Shown here: positions 19,552 to 29,258 of the stretch, piece after piece
Layout: the number at the start of each line of letters is the position of its first letter
Position numbering within the stretch: the first letter of the stretch is position 1
Virus record (IMG/VR): IMGVR_UViG_3300024307_000003
Coordinates: 29,687 to 93,686 of that record
DNA length: 64,000 bases
Direction: 5' to 3' (one strand)
From: a virus
The notes under the pieces: model-generated
What the model was told of the DNA's origin: nothing
The model's input: only the letters and a program-made list of their open reading frames with translations
Database searches by the model: none
Program-made: the position numbers and the translations under genes

Positions 19552-20785
19552 AATGGTGTGCCCCTCTCTTAGTTGTGGTTGGTCTTACTGTGTCGTCAAC
19601 ATCGTACAGAACATCCGCTGATCTATTAGAAGATGGGACAGCTGCGCCTCCTGTGGAGTTCAATCTTAGGTTCCCTGTTGAGGGATTTACAAACCACGAT
19701 GAACTTGCGTTTAATGTATTATTGTCTCCAGTATAGTTAGCAGAATCTCTCATTCTTATACTGTCATCAGATAGATTATTATCCACTACTAAACCACTAG
19801 ACCATCTACCTTGGAAAGCATCATTAACTTGGCCATTTGTTACCACGGTATTGTTTATGGCTTTACCATTAGGACAATCCCACAGATTAATTGCTCCATC
19901 TGACCCAGCTATTGTTTCAGCACTGAACCTGCCTGCGGCCATATAAACCATATTGTTTCTAGCAATACCACCATAGCAATCATTTTCTCCGCCGCCCCTT
20001 AAAATCAAACCTAGAGATATAGATCGGGCACAATTAATAAAAGTGTTCTGTTCCACAATAGGGTTTGTTGATCTGTTCCAGAAATAAACGGCTGGGCTAT
20101 ATAAGTAGTAGGTTGCTCCTCCGGGAAGAGCTGCAATTTCTGCTGCTGTTGGAGTGTTCTCAATAAATTGATTCTTTCGTACTACCCAACCACTACTATT
20201 GTGGACATCTATCATTCCACCATAAAAATAACCTGCACCTTCATGGTCTGTTGTAGGGCGTCCGTTTGTATATGCAAAATAACTATTTTCTACAAGTCCA
20301 TTATTAATGGCGTCGGGAAATGCGCTGACTTTCAAAAACTGTTGGCCCATATCCAACATTCTTACGTTTCTTAATGTAGGGCTAGTTGCTCCGGCTCCGA
20401 AGGTAACACCGTGAAAATAAAATTGCTCTATTGTTAAATCTTCTACTGTCAAACCGGGGTATTGGGAATATATACCGTGAGGACAACCACCGTAGCTGGA
20501 GTTGTCCATTCCCCTTCCCCTCAATACAATATCTGAAGCTACTCCAGAGGCACCTTTTATTGTTACATTGCTAGCTGCTGGAACTAAAGTATTATTGAGA
20601 ACATAAACACCCGGCCAGACAATTTCAATTATGTCGTTTGGTTGGGCAGAACTTATAGCCGCCTCTAACCCGGACAAGGTGCCTACTTGTACAATACGCC
20701 CGTTGTATGGGTAAGGATACCAGTACGTATCTGGGTGTTGGTATAAAGTTATTGCCGATCCCGGCACCGTTATTGTTTTAGCCAT
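19544..20785 (-). CDS. Right-handed parallel beta-helix (pectin-lyase-like) protein
   Basis: LEAAISSAQPNDII...PGVY...NVTIKG, Asn-ladder repeats; true start MAKT at 20785 after GAGGG. Confidence 0.75.
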   Translation of the reverse strand: MAKTITVPGSAITLYQHPDTYWYPYPYNGRIVQVGTLSGLEAAISSAQPNDIIEIVWPGVYVLNNTLVPAASNVTIKGASGVASDIVLRGRGMDNSSYGGCPHGIYSQYPGLTVEDLTIEQFYFHGVTFGAGATSPTLRNVRMLDMGQQFLKVSAFPDAINNGLVENSYFAYTNGRPTTDHEGAGYFYGGMIDVHNSSGWVVRKNQFIENTPTAAEIAALPGGATYYLYSPAVYFWNRSTNPIVEQNTFINCARSISLGLILRGGGENDCYGGIARNNMVYMAAGRFSAETIAGSDGAINLWDCPNGKAINNTVVTNGQVNDAFQGRWSSGLVVDNNLSDDSIRMRDSANYTGDNNTLNASSSWFVNPSTGNLRLNSTGGAAVPSSNRSADVLYDVDDTVRPTTTKRGAHHYV

Positions 20786-20860
20786 ATTCCCTCTTCTTAT
20801 TTTGGGGAATGCACATTCGTGCAAAGAAGACCCGTCTTGTGCGTGTCTTCGGAATTCTAT

Positions 20861-20890
20861 AAAGAAAAGGAGGGATTGCTCCCTCCTCTT
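20861..20890 (-). terminator. Terminator after major capsid gene
   Basis: GGAGGGA-GCAA-TCCCTCC then TTTTCTTT. Confidence 0.85.
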
Positions 20891-20905
20891 GTTCTTTAAC
20901 TACTA

Positions 20906-21931
20906 TTAGGTAATAGTAGCTTTTACAATCAACTGAGGCTTGGCACAGAAGTGTGCGAAGTTGGATTCAGTTTCAATGTCATAACCTTGACCACGGTCAT
21001 TCTCATAAACAAAAGCGTACATCGGAACACCAACGGTGTTGACATAGCTGTTGTGTGACATTGGAGCATAAATAGTCTTGAACAGACCACTTACCATCGG
21101 GATAATACGAGCTTCACCAGCAGGAATCAGTGGGGTGCCTTTCATCTGACCGCGATATTCGATGTGCAGAATACCAGCTTGATCAACGAAGGTACGATGG
21201 CCACGACCAACAGTCGGCAGACGATCCCGCAGGAAGTTACCGTTAGCGTTAGTAGCAGCAAACTGACTGTAAGCTTCTTTAACGTTAGTGTTGGTAGTCA
21301 GCTTAGCGAAGAACTCTGGAGAGTCCAGAGAAATAAAGTCAGTTACAATCATACCGTCTTGCAGGTTGTCTTGAATGTAAGCAATAACTTCTTCAGACTT
21401 AGCTTGAGGAACACCAGTACCACCAGTGTCGATATCATAATCTACAACTTTCTGAGTTACACCCAGATCAGTGAAATAGTTGGTAGATACAGTTCCGTTA
21501 GGAGCGTACACAGTACCGTCTTTAATCAGTTGCAGACGCGACCATTCGCGCAGTTGTGCCCAAGAGTTATTGATGCGCAGCAACTCTTCTGCTACTTTAG
21601 CGTCAAAGCTGGAGAACTCCTGATCAGTACCCGGAGCGCGCTGGCTTTGAACGTCTTCTGGCATAATGCGGCCATCAAACGGGAAGTGAGGAATAGAGAA
21701 AGAGAAGGTTTTTACAATCCCTTTATCTACGAACTGATCACGACGGCTTCCCCACATGCGATCTTCTGGCAGACTGAAACCAGACTCAATTTGATCGTAC
21801 TGGAAAGTACGGGTGCGAACACCAGTTTCTTCAAACAAACCCAACTGGTTAACAAGACCATACATATTCTCAATCTTGTTAACGTCCGGGGTACGGTCCT
21901 CAAGGAAATTTGTGTCTTTACGAACTGCCAT
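20906..21931 (-). CDS. Major capsid protein (lambda E-like HK97 fold)
   Basis: IPHFPFDGRIMPEDVQ, EWSRLQLIKDG, IETESNF...PQLIVK; strong codon bias. Confidence 0.92.
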   Translation of the reverse strand: MAVRKDTNFLEDRTPDVNKIENMYGLVNQLGLFEETGVRTRTFQYDQIESGFSLPEDRMWGSRRDQFVDKGIVKTFSFSIPHFPFDGRIMPEDVQSQRAPGTDQEFSSFDAKVAEELLRINNSWAQLREWSRLQLIKDGTVYAPNGTVSTNYFTDLGVTQKVVDYDIDTGGTGVPQAKSEEVIAYIQDNLQDGMIVTDFISLDSPEFFAKLTTNTNVKEAYSQFAATNANGNFLRDRLPTVGRGHRTFVDQAGILHIEYRGQMKGTPLIPAGEARIIPMVSGLFKTIYAPMSHNSYVNTVGVPMYAFVYENDRGQGYDIETESNFAHFCAKPQLIVKATIT

Positions 21932-21956
21932 TAATTATTCTCCTTATTATTCTAAA

Positions 21957-22661
21957 TTACAGCAATGGGCCAAAAGCTTTGGTTTCTGCAACAACAATCG
22001 AAGCAGCTTCCATCGCATCATAGATAACTTGTTTTTTGGTGGCGTTATCGTAAGTGGCATCAAGAATCATGCCTTCTGCGCTCACCATTGCATCCCGTAC
22101 CAGAACAACTACTTGGTAGTCAGTGTTGGCAGCAAAAGTTTGTTCCAATTGTGCATCTTGTGTGCACATAAAAATACCCGCAAAAACTTTACTACCATCA
22201 GTAGCAGTTTCTACAGCAGGCTTGTACTTTTCAGAAGTCTTAACTACAGTGATGTCAAAAGCATCGCCGCCAGCGAAATCGGTAGAACCGTCTGCCAGAG
22301 TAAATGCCAAACCACCAGCAGAGAACGCGGAAGCTACAACACCATAACCGATGATAATACCGTCCGGGTCTTCTACAGAGAAGTCACCGAGGTTAGTACC
22401 GGGTTCCAGAATAGTAAGTTTATATACACCAGCTTTAGCACCACCGGATACAGTTACAGCACCCATGGTTCCGTTACCAGTGTTACCAGCAACAGCTGCG
22501 CCGGAAGCAGTACCAGCAAACAACTTGCCCAGTACAGTACCAACTTTAACTGTGGTTTCTGCGGCTACGCGCAGGGTTACAGTTTTACGGCTCATTCCTT
22601 TCGGCAGTTCAAATTTGACTACGTTAGAAATAGGCTTGATAGAGGTTTCGAGTAATCCCAT
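21957..22661 (-). CDS. Head decoration protein D-like with inserted domain
   Basis: SRKTVT...VGTVLGK...ATDGS...AGI...VVLVRDA motif. Confidence 0.8.
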   Translation of the reverse strand: MGLLETSIKPISNVVKFELPKGMSRKTVTLRVAAETTVKVGTVLGKLFAGTASGAAVAGNTGNGTMGAVTVSGGAKAGVYKLTILEPGTNLGDFSVEDPDGIIIGYGVVASAFSAGGLAFTLADGSTDFAGGDAFDITVVKTSEKYKPAVETATDGSKVFAGIFMCTQDAQLEQTFAANTDYQVVVLVRDAMVSAEGMILDATYDNATKKQVIYDAMEAASIVVAETKAFGPLL

Positions 22662-22671
22662 TTTCCACTCC

Positions 22672-23955
22672 TTATTGTTTTACTTTGATATTTTTGTTTT
22701 TAGCTGCTTGCGCTTGCAAGGCAGCATTAAATCCATCTTTCTTGACTTCTGGTTTGATTTCAGAATCACTAACACCAACTTCCTTCATTGCTTCAACTTC
22801 GTCTTTCATTTTAGCAATAGTGGCGTCTTTAGTGGCGATAACGTCAGCAGCCATTTTCATAGCAGCATCAAACATATCAATAGAGACAGACCCATTGAGA
22901 GCGGAACTTGCATAGGCATTTACATCAACCCCGGCAAACGCCCATTCTTGTGCTTTGGCTTTGAAACCTTCCAGTTTCAGATTATCAGCTTCATCTTTAG
23001 CTGCTTTAAGTTGAGCAGCGAATTCTTCTTTTTGTTTTTCAAAAGCGGCTTGAAGATCAGCAAACTGAGCTTTCAGTTCATTATCTACACCAGCTTTAGC
23101 AGTAGGTTCTGCCATTGGTTTATTTACCCCTTCTTTCAAATAGGAATTAAATTCATCACGGGTCATTAGCTTGTGAACCAAACCCTTTTCTTGTGCTTCT
23201 TGGGCAAGGAACACACCAGCTTTGGTGTTTATAATTGCCTCTTCAGAAAGCCCCATCATTTCAGACGTATATCCAACAAACTCTGAATACAACGTACTCA
23301 CCTTGTTTTGAATATCAGTCAGAAACTCCTCTCTCCATCCACCATCTGCATTGAACGGGATCTTGTTATCCCCAGCAAAGATGTAAGTTCTTTCAACTCC
23401 AGCTTTCTCCAGAGCCTTATTAACGTTCGTGAGCTGTACAACAACTCCAATACTTCCTGCTTGTGCTGAAGGATTCATAATTACTTCATGAGCAGAAACA
23501 GCCAAACCATAAGCAGCAGAAGCAGCATATCCGTCAACATAGGAAATCAGACGAACACCAAACTCGTCTGCTTTAGATCGCATGTAGCGGCCAGTCTCAA
23601 ACATTCCGTAGGCTTCTCCACCCGGAGAATCCACAATCAAAGCAATCGTTTTGTACCCAGCAGCAACTGCTGTATCAAATTGAGTGACAATGGATTGGTA
23701 AGATGTATTCTCTGTGCAGGTGGCCATATCAAAATAAGATTTGTATGTCAGCACACCATCAACATTAATAGCCCCAATCTTGTCATCTCCCGGAATAGGA
23801 TTCCGACGAGCTTCCTTGGTTTGGATGTTGGCAAACTCAATAGCTTCGTCATTACGAGAAGCCAGATACTGCTCAATCCTTTCCAATACATCTGGAGACA
23901 CTAAGTGTGGGGTGTTGTATAATGCTTTTGTAATTCTTAATAGCTGTCGTGCCAT
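22672..23955 (-). CDS. S49 prohead protease with C-terminal scaffold
   Basis: DSPGG, AASAAYGLA, AGSIGV motifs; coiled-coil C-terminus. Confidence 0.9.
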   Translation of the reverse strand: MARQLLRITKALYNTPHLVSPDVLERIEQYLASRNDEAIEFANIQTKEARRNPIPGDDKIGAINVDGVLTYKSYFDMATCTENTSYQSIVTQFDTAVAAGYKTIALIVDSPGGEAYGMFETGRYMRSKADEFGVRLISYVDGYAASAAYGLAVSAHEVIMNPSAQAGSIGVVVQLTNVNKALEKAGVERTYIFAGDNKIPFNADGGWREEFLTDIQNKVSTLYSEFVGYTSEMMGLSEEAIINTKAGVFLAQEAQEKGLVHKLMTRDEFNSYLKEGVNKPMAEPTAKAGVDNELKAQFADLQAAFEKQKEEFAAQLKAAKDEADNLKLEGFKAKAQEWAFAGVDVNAYASSALNGSVSIDMFDAAMKMAADVIATKDATIAKMKDEVEAMKEVGVSDSEIKPEVKKDGFNAALQAQAAKNKNIKVKQ

Positions 23956-25433
23956 TATTTACTCCTGTTCCCGGCAGCTTTATCACCACCACCTGTTCCT
24001 GATCCAGTACCCGATCCCAATCCAGACTCCATACCTTGTCCGGCCTTGGAAGCAGCAGGAGGCTCTTTCACAACCTCTTCAGGATCACCATCAATACTCT
24101 CAAGACCCAACACCTTACGAACACGGTTGTACTCGTCTCTACGGCCTTCTACAGCACCTACAGCGAATATCCGTTGAATGGCTTGGGACATCACATCTAC
24201 ATCTTCTTTCTCAATGTCTCCGTACTTCAGGATAGGAGTTTCTTCCTTGGTCCATTCATTGTAGAGAGCCAGTTGCTCAATCAATTGTTTCTGAAGAGTG
24301 TGGGTGATAAAGGACAAATGTTCTTCTGCGGCTTGTGCTACAAGATTTGTTTTGCTGTCTGCCAGAGAGAAACTACCGTGAGAGTCGTTGCCGAGATTGA
24401 TAAGGTCAGCAAAATAAGCCATCAGTATCTCTGTCTTACGACGCTGTATGATAGCTCCTACATCATGGTTTTTCTTACCTCCGTCAACACCCATAAGGGA
24501 TACGTTGTACAGAGGCTTACCTGTGTCGGTGTAATCTACAGGGCACACAATGCACGATTGGTTTCCATTCTGGAAAGCCTGTGCCTGATTGAACATGGTG
24601 TTGTAGAGAACAGCTTCTTCACTCTTAGGGTCCATAGTGGCCTTAACCATTACAGACTTGGGAAGGTCTACTTTCAGAACACCTGACATGTCCTTGCTGA
24701 TACCTGTTCCTTCAATATCTTCAAAAAGACATTTGAATTTCCAAGTGACGTAAGCTTTAAGTAGAGGAGAGCGCCCTTCTGGATTATTCTTTGTTGAGTT
24801 GTAAGAGAACAATAAGAGTTTAGAGAGTGGAATATCTACTGTTGTAGATACAATCCCATTACCATAAAGCCTACTGGATTTGACGTTCTGTCTAACACCC
24901 TTAAGCTTTCTTCCTGTCTCTTTGTCCCAGAGCCATTTATCAATAGATATTTGTGCTCTTGGTTCTAATCCTTTAACACGATACCAACCTTCGTATTCCC
25001 CTTCTTTGATAGTCTCAAATATCTTTTCAAGGATTGAGAATCCTGCCCAAGAATAGGTTAGAATGTCGTTCTTAACTGTCTGGAAAGATTGTCCATCCAG
25101 ATTGTCAAACATCCAGTTTACGAAGTCAGCGTTGGCTTTCGCCTTTTCGTTTGTTTTATCAAGAGGCTCTGCATAGATAGGGACTTTCTTCACTAGCATT
25201 AAGAACAAGTCCACTGCTGTAGCGACAGAAACATCATAAAGCATCGTCTTGAACGTCTGAATGCTCTGAGGGAATACTAGTTCCCGTTTAGCTTCTTCAT
25301 AGATACGGCCATTAACGATGTTTAATCCTGAGTCCCCTATTGCAGAGTCCTTGAATCTCATCACCCCTGTTGAAAGGTCATAAGAAATACTATCTAACTC
25401 TGACAAGTAACCTCCGGAGGAAATCTCCATCAC
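23955..25433 (-). CDS. Portal protein
   Basis: GFSILEK, NPEGRSPLLKAY, GSFSLADSK motifs; between terminase and protease. Confidence 0.88.
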   Translation of the reverse strand: MMEISSGGYLSELDSISYDLSTGVMRFKDSAIGDSGLNIVNGRIYEEAKRELVFPQSIQTFKTMLYDVSVATAVDLFLMLVKKVPIYAEPLDKTNEKAKANADFVNWMFDNLDGQSFQTVKNDILTYSWAGFSILEKIFETIKEGEYEGWYRVKGLEPRAQISIDKWLWDKETGRKLKGVRQNVKSSRLYGNGIVSTTVDIPLSKLLLFSYNSTKNNPEGRSPLLKAYVTWKFKCLFEDIEGTGISKDMSGVLKVDLPKSVMVKATMDPKSEEAVLYNTMFNQAQAFQNGNQSCIVCPVDYTDTGKPLYNVSLMGVDGGKKNHDVGAIIQRRKTEILMAYFADLINLGNDSHGSFSLADSKTNLVAQAAEEHLSFITHTLQKQLIEQLALYNEWTKEETPILKYGDIEKEDVDVMSQAIQRIFAVGAVEGRRDEYNRVRKVLGLESIDGDPEEVVKEPPAASKAGQGMESGLGSGTGSGTGGGDKAAGNRSK

Positions 25434-27758
25434 TCTCTGTGATGTAAAAATCCACTAATATTTGTAAATTGATTTTGAACTGGTGCCTGTACAGATGCTG
25501 ACATGGCTCCGGCTAATCCTTTAATGTCCACTACTTGTTCTCTAGCGAGGAAATTGAAACACGATGCTGAGCTATCCGCCCAATCAATTTTTACCCGCGC
25601 TGTAGCTTCTTGACCAACAAACTGCTCTAATTCCTTTAAGAAGGCTTCAAGAGATGCTTGGTTTTTGAAAGAGGACTTTACAATCCTCACCAGTCCATTC
25701 ATACATGCAGCAGAAAATGGTTCAAAACGTGTAAGCTTGCTTTTATTTCCCGGCATAGGATCAGCTCTTACAACAAAACCTTTCTCTATAAGTTTTTTTG
25801 CGGACTCAAGAAACTCTGTATCTCCTGCTTGAGCAGGATCGCGGCTGAACACAACGGAACACTCAGGCCCATCTGACTCGGCCTGTTTTTGTATCAGAAG
25901 ATCACGTTCACCCGGAAGCCTTCTGAACTTACCAAAAATACCCGTATCTGCGTCTGTACATTCAGGATGATGATTACCCATCAAATAATAATATCCATCT
26001 TTATCTTTAGCCATATGCGTTGAGGCTGTGTAGTCTGGATACTTATTAATGTCTGTCGGAACTGAAGAGGCTTTATCCCATGCTCTTGCATGTTTAGCGT
26101 TTGCTGGTACTTTATCTACTACAGTCAACCAATCCCTATTGAAATAACTTCCTTCGTTAAGGACGTATTTCCAACACCCATCTAACAATGCAGCTTTCTC
26201 TGCTTTAGTGTTAGCATCAAGAACGTCTGCGTATTCGGGGTTGTTGTCCAACAACTTTTGGTTGTCGGTCAGCTTGGAAGGTATGAAGGTGTAGGTAAGA
26301 GGATTCTTACCGGGGAAGTTAGTGCGGAGTTCTTCTTCACTCCAAGAAGTGAAGAGATTTCCTTCGAAGAATATGAAGTAGCGTATTTTTCCAGACAATT
26401 CCAGAATTGCATAACCATCTTCATCAAGCCAAGGTTCTATCCATTCCTTAATCCAGCAATCAGGTTCAGGGTTACAACTCACCCGAACAAAAGACCTATG
26501 TACGGAAGCAGAACGTGTTCTTGTTCTAACATAATTGAAATGATCGAACTTGAACTGTGTTCCTTCATCGAAATATATACCTGTATACTGAGCACCTTGA
26601 TAAGTCTTCTTGTGCTTATCTAATTCGAGATAAGAAAATTTACAGCTTGCTCCTGAAGGGAATATAATTCTATGGTCTTTCTCTTTTATTCTAGCCTTAC
26701 CTTTAAACTTACCAGTAAGGGGTCCAGAAGTATGAACAAGGAAGGGAAGATAAAGCTCCTGAGCTTCTGGCCATAAAGATTCATCCAGCTGTGTTGTGTT
26801 CTGTCGAAAATAGATAGCTTTGTATTTAGGATCATCTATATACTTCAAGCTATCCATGAGAAGGGCGTAGCTCTTGCCGCCGCCTGCTGCCTATTTGTTT
26901 CTCAAGTCTCCTTGAGGATCGGACTATATCTTCACCCTTTTAGGGGCACCTTGTTTCGGGCTGTAATTACAGCCCTACTCTACTCCCTTCCAGCTATGCC
27001 GTGGTTTCGATAGTCTCTGAACGTAGTTCTTTTGTCAGGTCGCATAACTTCCTGCCAGTAAGAAGTTCACCAATATAGTCTTGTCTGCAATGTAGCCCAA
27101 AGTAATTCTTTATTTCTTTGTAGCTTTTACCTTGTCTGTGCATAACGAATATTGATGTTATCTCATCCATTGATAGGTGAGAAAAGGTCTTACCTTTTGT
27201 TTTTATATTTCCAGTTCTTACAGCGTGACGCACATTCTCATAACCGCTAACATATTCTAAATTTTCGAGCCTGTTGTTGAGTTTTATGCCGTCTTTATGG
27301 TTTACTTGGTGCTTACCTTCTGGTTTTAATATAAATGTTTCAGCAATTAGAATATGCGTCCGTACAGAACGTCTTTTATTGCCATCTACAAGTATAATTT
27401 CTTCGTATCCGTCCCATGTAATTTTACCTTTAAGACGGGCACACCTTTTTCCTTGAATAAAACCTTCACTATCTGCAAAATAACCGGGAAAATTAAAAAT
27501 CTCTTTCTTCAAAAGAACCTCCGCTGCTGATTGTCTAATCTTATTTGTTTTCATACCTTCACGCTCTATGTTACCATACACGTTGTGGTCAAACAAGCTT
27601 TAAAGAGTTTCCAGCAATTAAAGGTGTTTATTTTGACGCATTACTGCGAAAGGTGGCACATTTCTACCACCGTAAAATACTAAATGAATCTCGGTAGGAA
27701 CATTTATGAAAGCCGATTGTGGACCGCGCTGTGGTTGTACAATATAGTATTCACTCAT
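25430..27758 (-). CDS. terL: Terminase large subunit, spliced: exon1 27758-27666, exon2 26890-25430 (517 aa)
   Basis: Joining exons gives ...HLVFYGG|AAGGGKSYALLM (Walker A); FDE Walker B; RAWDKA nuclease motif. Confidence 0.93.
26891..27665 (-). mobile_element. Group I intron (IA-like) in terL
   Basis: P1 GGUGGU/GCCACC with U.G at the splice site; P AAUUGCUGGAAAC 27619-27607; Q AAUCAGCAG 27532-27524; R UCAGAGACUA 27020-27011; S AAGAUAUAGUCC 26932-26921; P9 CUCAAG-GAGA-CUUGAG; terminal G. Confidence 0.95.
26994..27554 (-). CDS. Intron-encoded HNH homing endonuclease
   Basis: HILIAETF...VNHKDGIKLNNRLENLEYV...EN..HA; likely start MKTN at 27554. Confidence 0.9.
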   Translation of the reverse strand: MKTNKIRQSAAEVLLKKEIFNFPGYFADSEGFIQGKRCARLKGKITWDGYEEIILVDGNKRRSVRTHILIAETFILKPEGKHQVNHKDGIKLNNRLENLEYVSGYENVRHAVRTGNIKTKGKTFSHLSMDEITSIFVMHRQGKSYKEIKNYFGLHCRQDYIGELLTGRKLCDLTKELRSETIETTA

Positions 27759-27790
27759 TGTCCCTCCTTAGGTCATAGCCCTTGTATTTA

Positions 27791-29257
27791 TTATTCCCAG
27801 TAATAGTCATACTGGATGTTAGTTGCAATTGTTCCCGAAGTACCTACCGTACCAATATGCTTGACGCACAGCTGAACAAATTCTCCGGGGTTGACATAAA
27901 TCGGGTTCTTAAACGTAGCTACAGGGTTTATTTGAGAAACAATAGTGTTAACAGCTTGTGCAGCTGTCACTGTCTGTGTAAGTTCTGGAAGCAGTACAAT
28001 ACGGCGGGCTTTTGTTGTAGCAGCTTCTGCTGTAGCCAACGATACTGCTGTATGTCCAAACGCCAGAGTAAATATCCGGTTCATAGGTCCACCAGCCAGT
28101 ACAGTTTGAACAAAAGAAGACAACTTAATACCAGTGATAACCAAACGCTTACCTGTTGTGTTGGCACCTGCTGCTGGAACCTGATAAGAATTCAGAATAC
28201 CGTCTGTGTTAACTGCCAACGTAAAAGTTTCCCAAGCCTGACCACCAAGACCGCCCGGTAAGTTTGCAGTGAGGGCAGTGTTAGACGGAACGGCTGCGGT
28301 TGGGTTGGTGGAGTTGGTATAGGTAGCCAAACTACCCATTGTTCCGCCAGTTAAACCTTGGTAACTTCCGTATATACCATTAGCTATATTACCTGCTTCG
28401 CGGGTAATATTCATACCACCTACACGAACGTTATAGTTGGATAGGTTGCAGTTTAGAGTGGCCGAAGCAGCACCACCTACAATTGCGTGCCGCAAGAAAA
28501 CCGGGAGAGCTGGGGAGGCATGTGGTTGTCCTTGACCACTGGGAGTATTTATCACTGCGTAAAGGTCTGTAGATTCACCATCGTTAATCCAGAACTCTGT
28601 GGCCCTGTGGTGAATATAAACAATAAACTGGTATTTCTGGTTAAGAGAGGGGGTAAAGTTCATTACAGAACTAACTCTCTCTGTACCGTTAAAGTTTGAT
28701 ACCCCAAATAAACCTGCCGATGTTACACGGAAATATGCCCCGTCTGTAGGAGCATAGGGGTTCGATGTGGCGTTAAGACCTAAACCAAAATCGACAACTG
28801 TGTTTGCTACTAACCAAGCAGAGAAAGAAATTTCAATATCTGCTGATGTTGTACAAGTTCCGTAAGTAGGAAACGTTGCGTATGTGCGGAAAGATGTTCC
28901 TGTGGTGGTGGTTGTGATATTACCACCATTGGTTTGCATACCAGCAGTACCCCATGTATTTGTCATGGTGGTGTTATGGTATTGATGCTTACCTGTGTTC
29001 TGTGCCGTAGAATTAAGTGTCTCGTCGTCATACATGGTGTCGAGAGCAACCCGAAGACGATAATCTAAATCTGTTTCTGGTGAATACATTTGAGGGTCTG
29101 TTGCAAGGACAGTGCCCGTATCATTCTCAGAATAAATACGAATACCTCCAACAGAGGCAGGTGTATCACTATTTGCTAGAGTAACTTTTGCATAACCGTT
29201 GGCGTCAGCCGTAAGTTCTGTTATTCCACTTCCGAAGCCAATTTTTGCTCCACTCAT
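27791..29257 (-). CDS. Putative virion fibre or receptor-binding protein
   Basis: T/G/A-rich beta protein directly after the collagen gene. Confidence 0.55.
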   Translation of the reverse strand: MSGAKIGFGSGITELTADANGYAKVTLANSDTPASVGGIRIYSENDTGTVLATDPQMYSPETDLDYRLRVALDTMYDDETLNSTAQNTGKHQYHNTTMTNTWGTAGMQTNGGNITTTTTGTSFRTYATFPTYGTCTTSADIEISFSAWLVANTVVDFGLGLNATSNPYAPTDGAYFRVTSAGLFGVSNFNGTERVSSVMNFTPSLNQKYQFIVYIHHRATEFWINDGESTDLYAVINTPSGQGQPHASPALPVFLRHAIVGGAASATLNCNLSNYNVRVGGMNITREAGNIANGIYGSYQGLTGGTMGSLATYTNSTNPTAAVPSNTALTANLPGGLGGQAWETFTLAVNTDGILNSYQVPAAGANTTGKRLVITGIKLSSFVQTVLAGGPMNRIFTLAFGHTAVSLATAEAATTKARRIVLLPELTQTVTAAQAVNTIVSQINPVATFKNPIYVNPGEFVQLCVKHIGTVGTSGTIATNIQYDYYWE

Positions 29258-29258
29258 T

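Noticed and set aside
21164-23169. Several 250-280 aa plus-strand ORFs
   Set aside because: Antisense to capsid, decoration and scaffold genes
25430-26857. TerL as a 475-aa protein starting MDSLK
   Set aside because: Lacks Walker A; it is exon 2 of an intron-split gene
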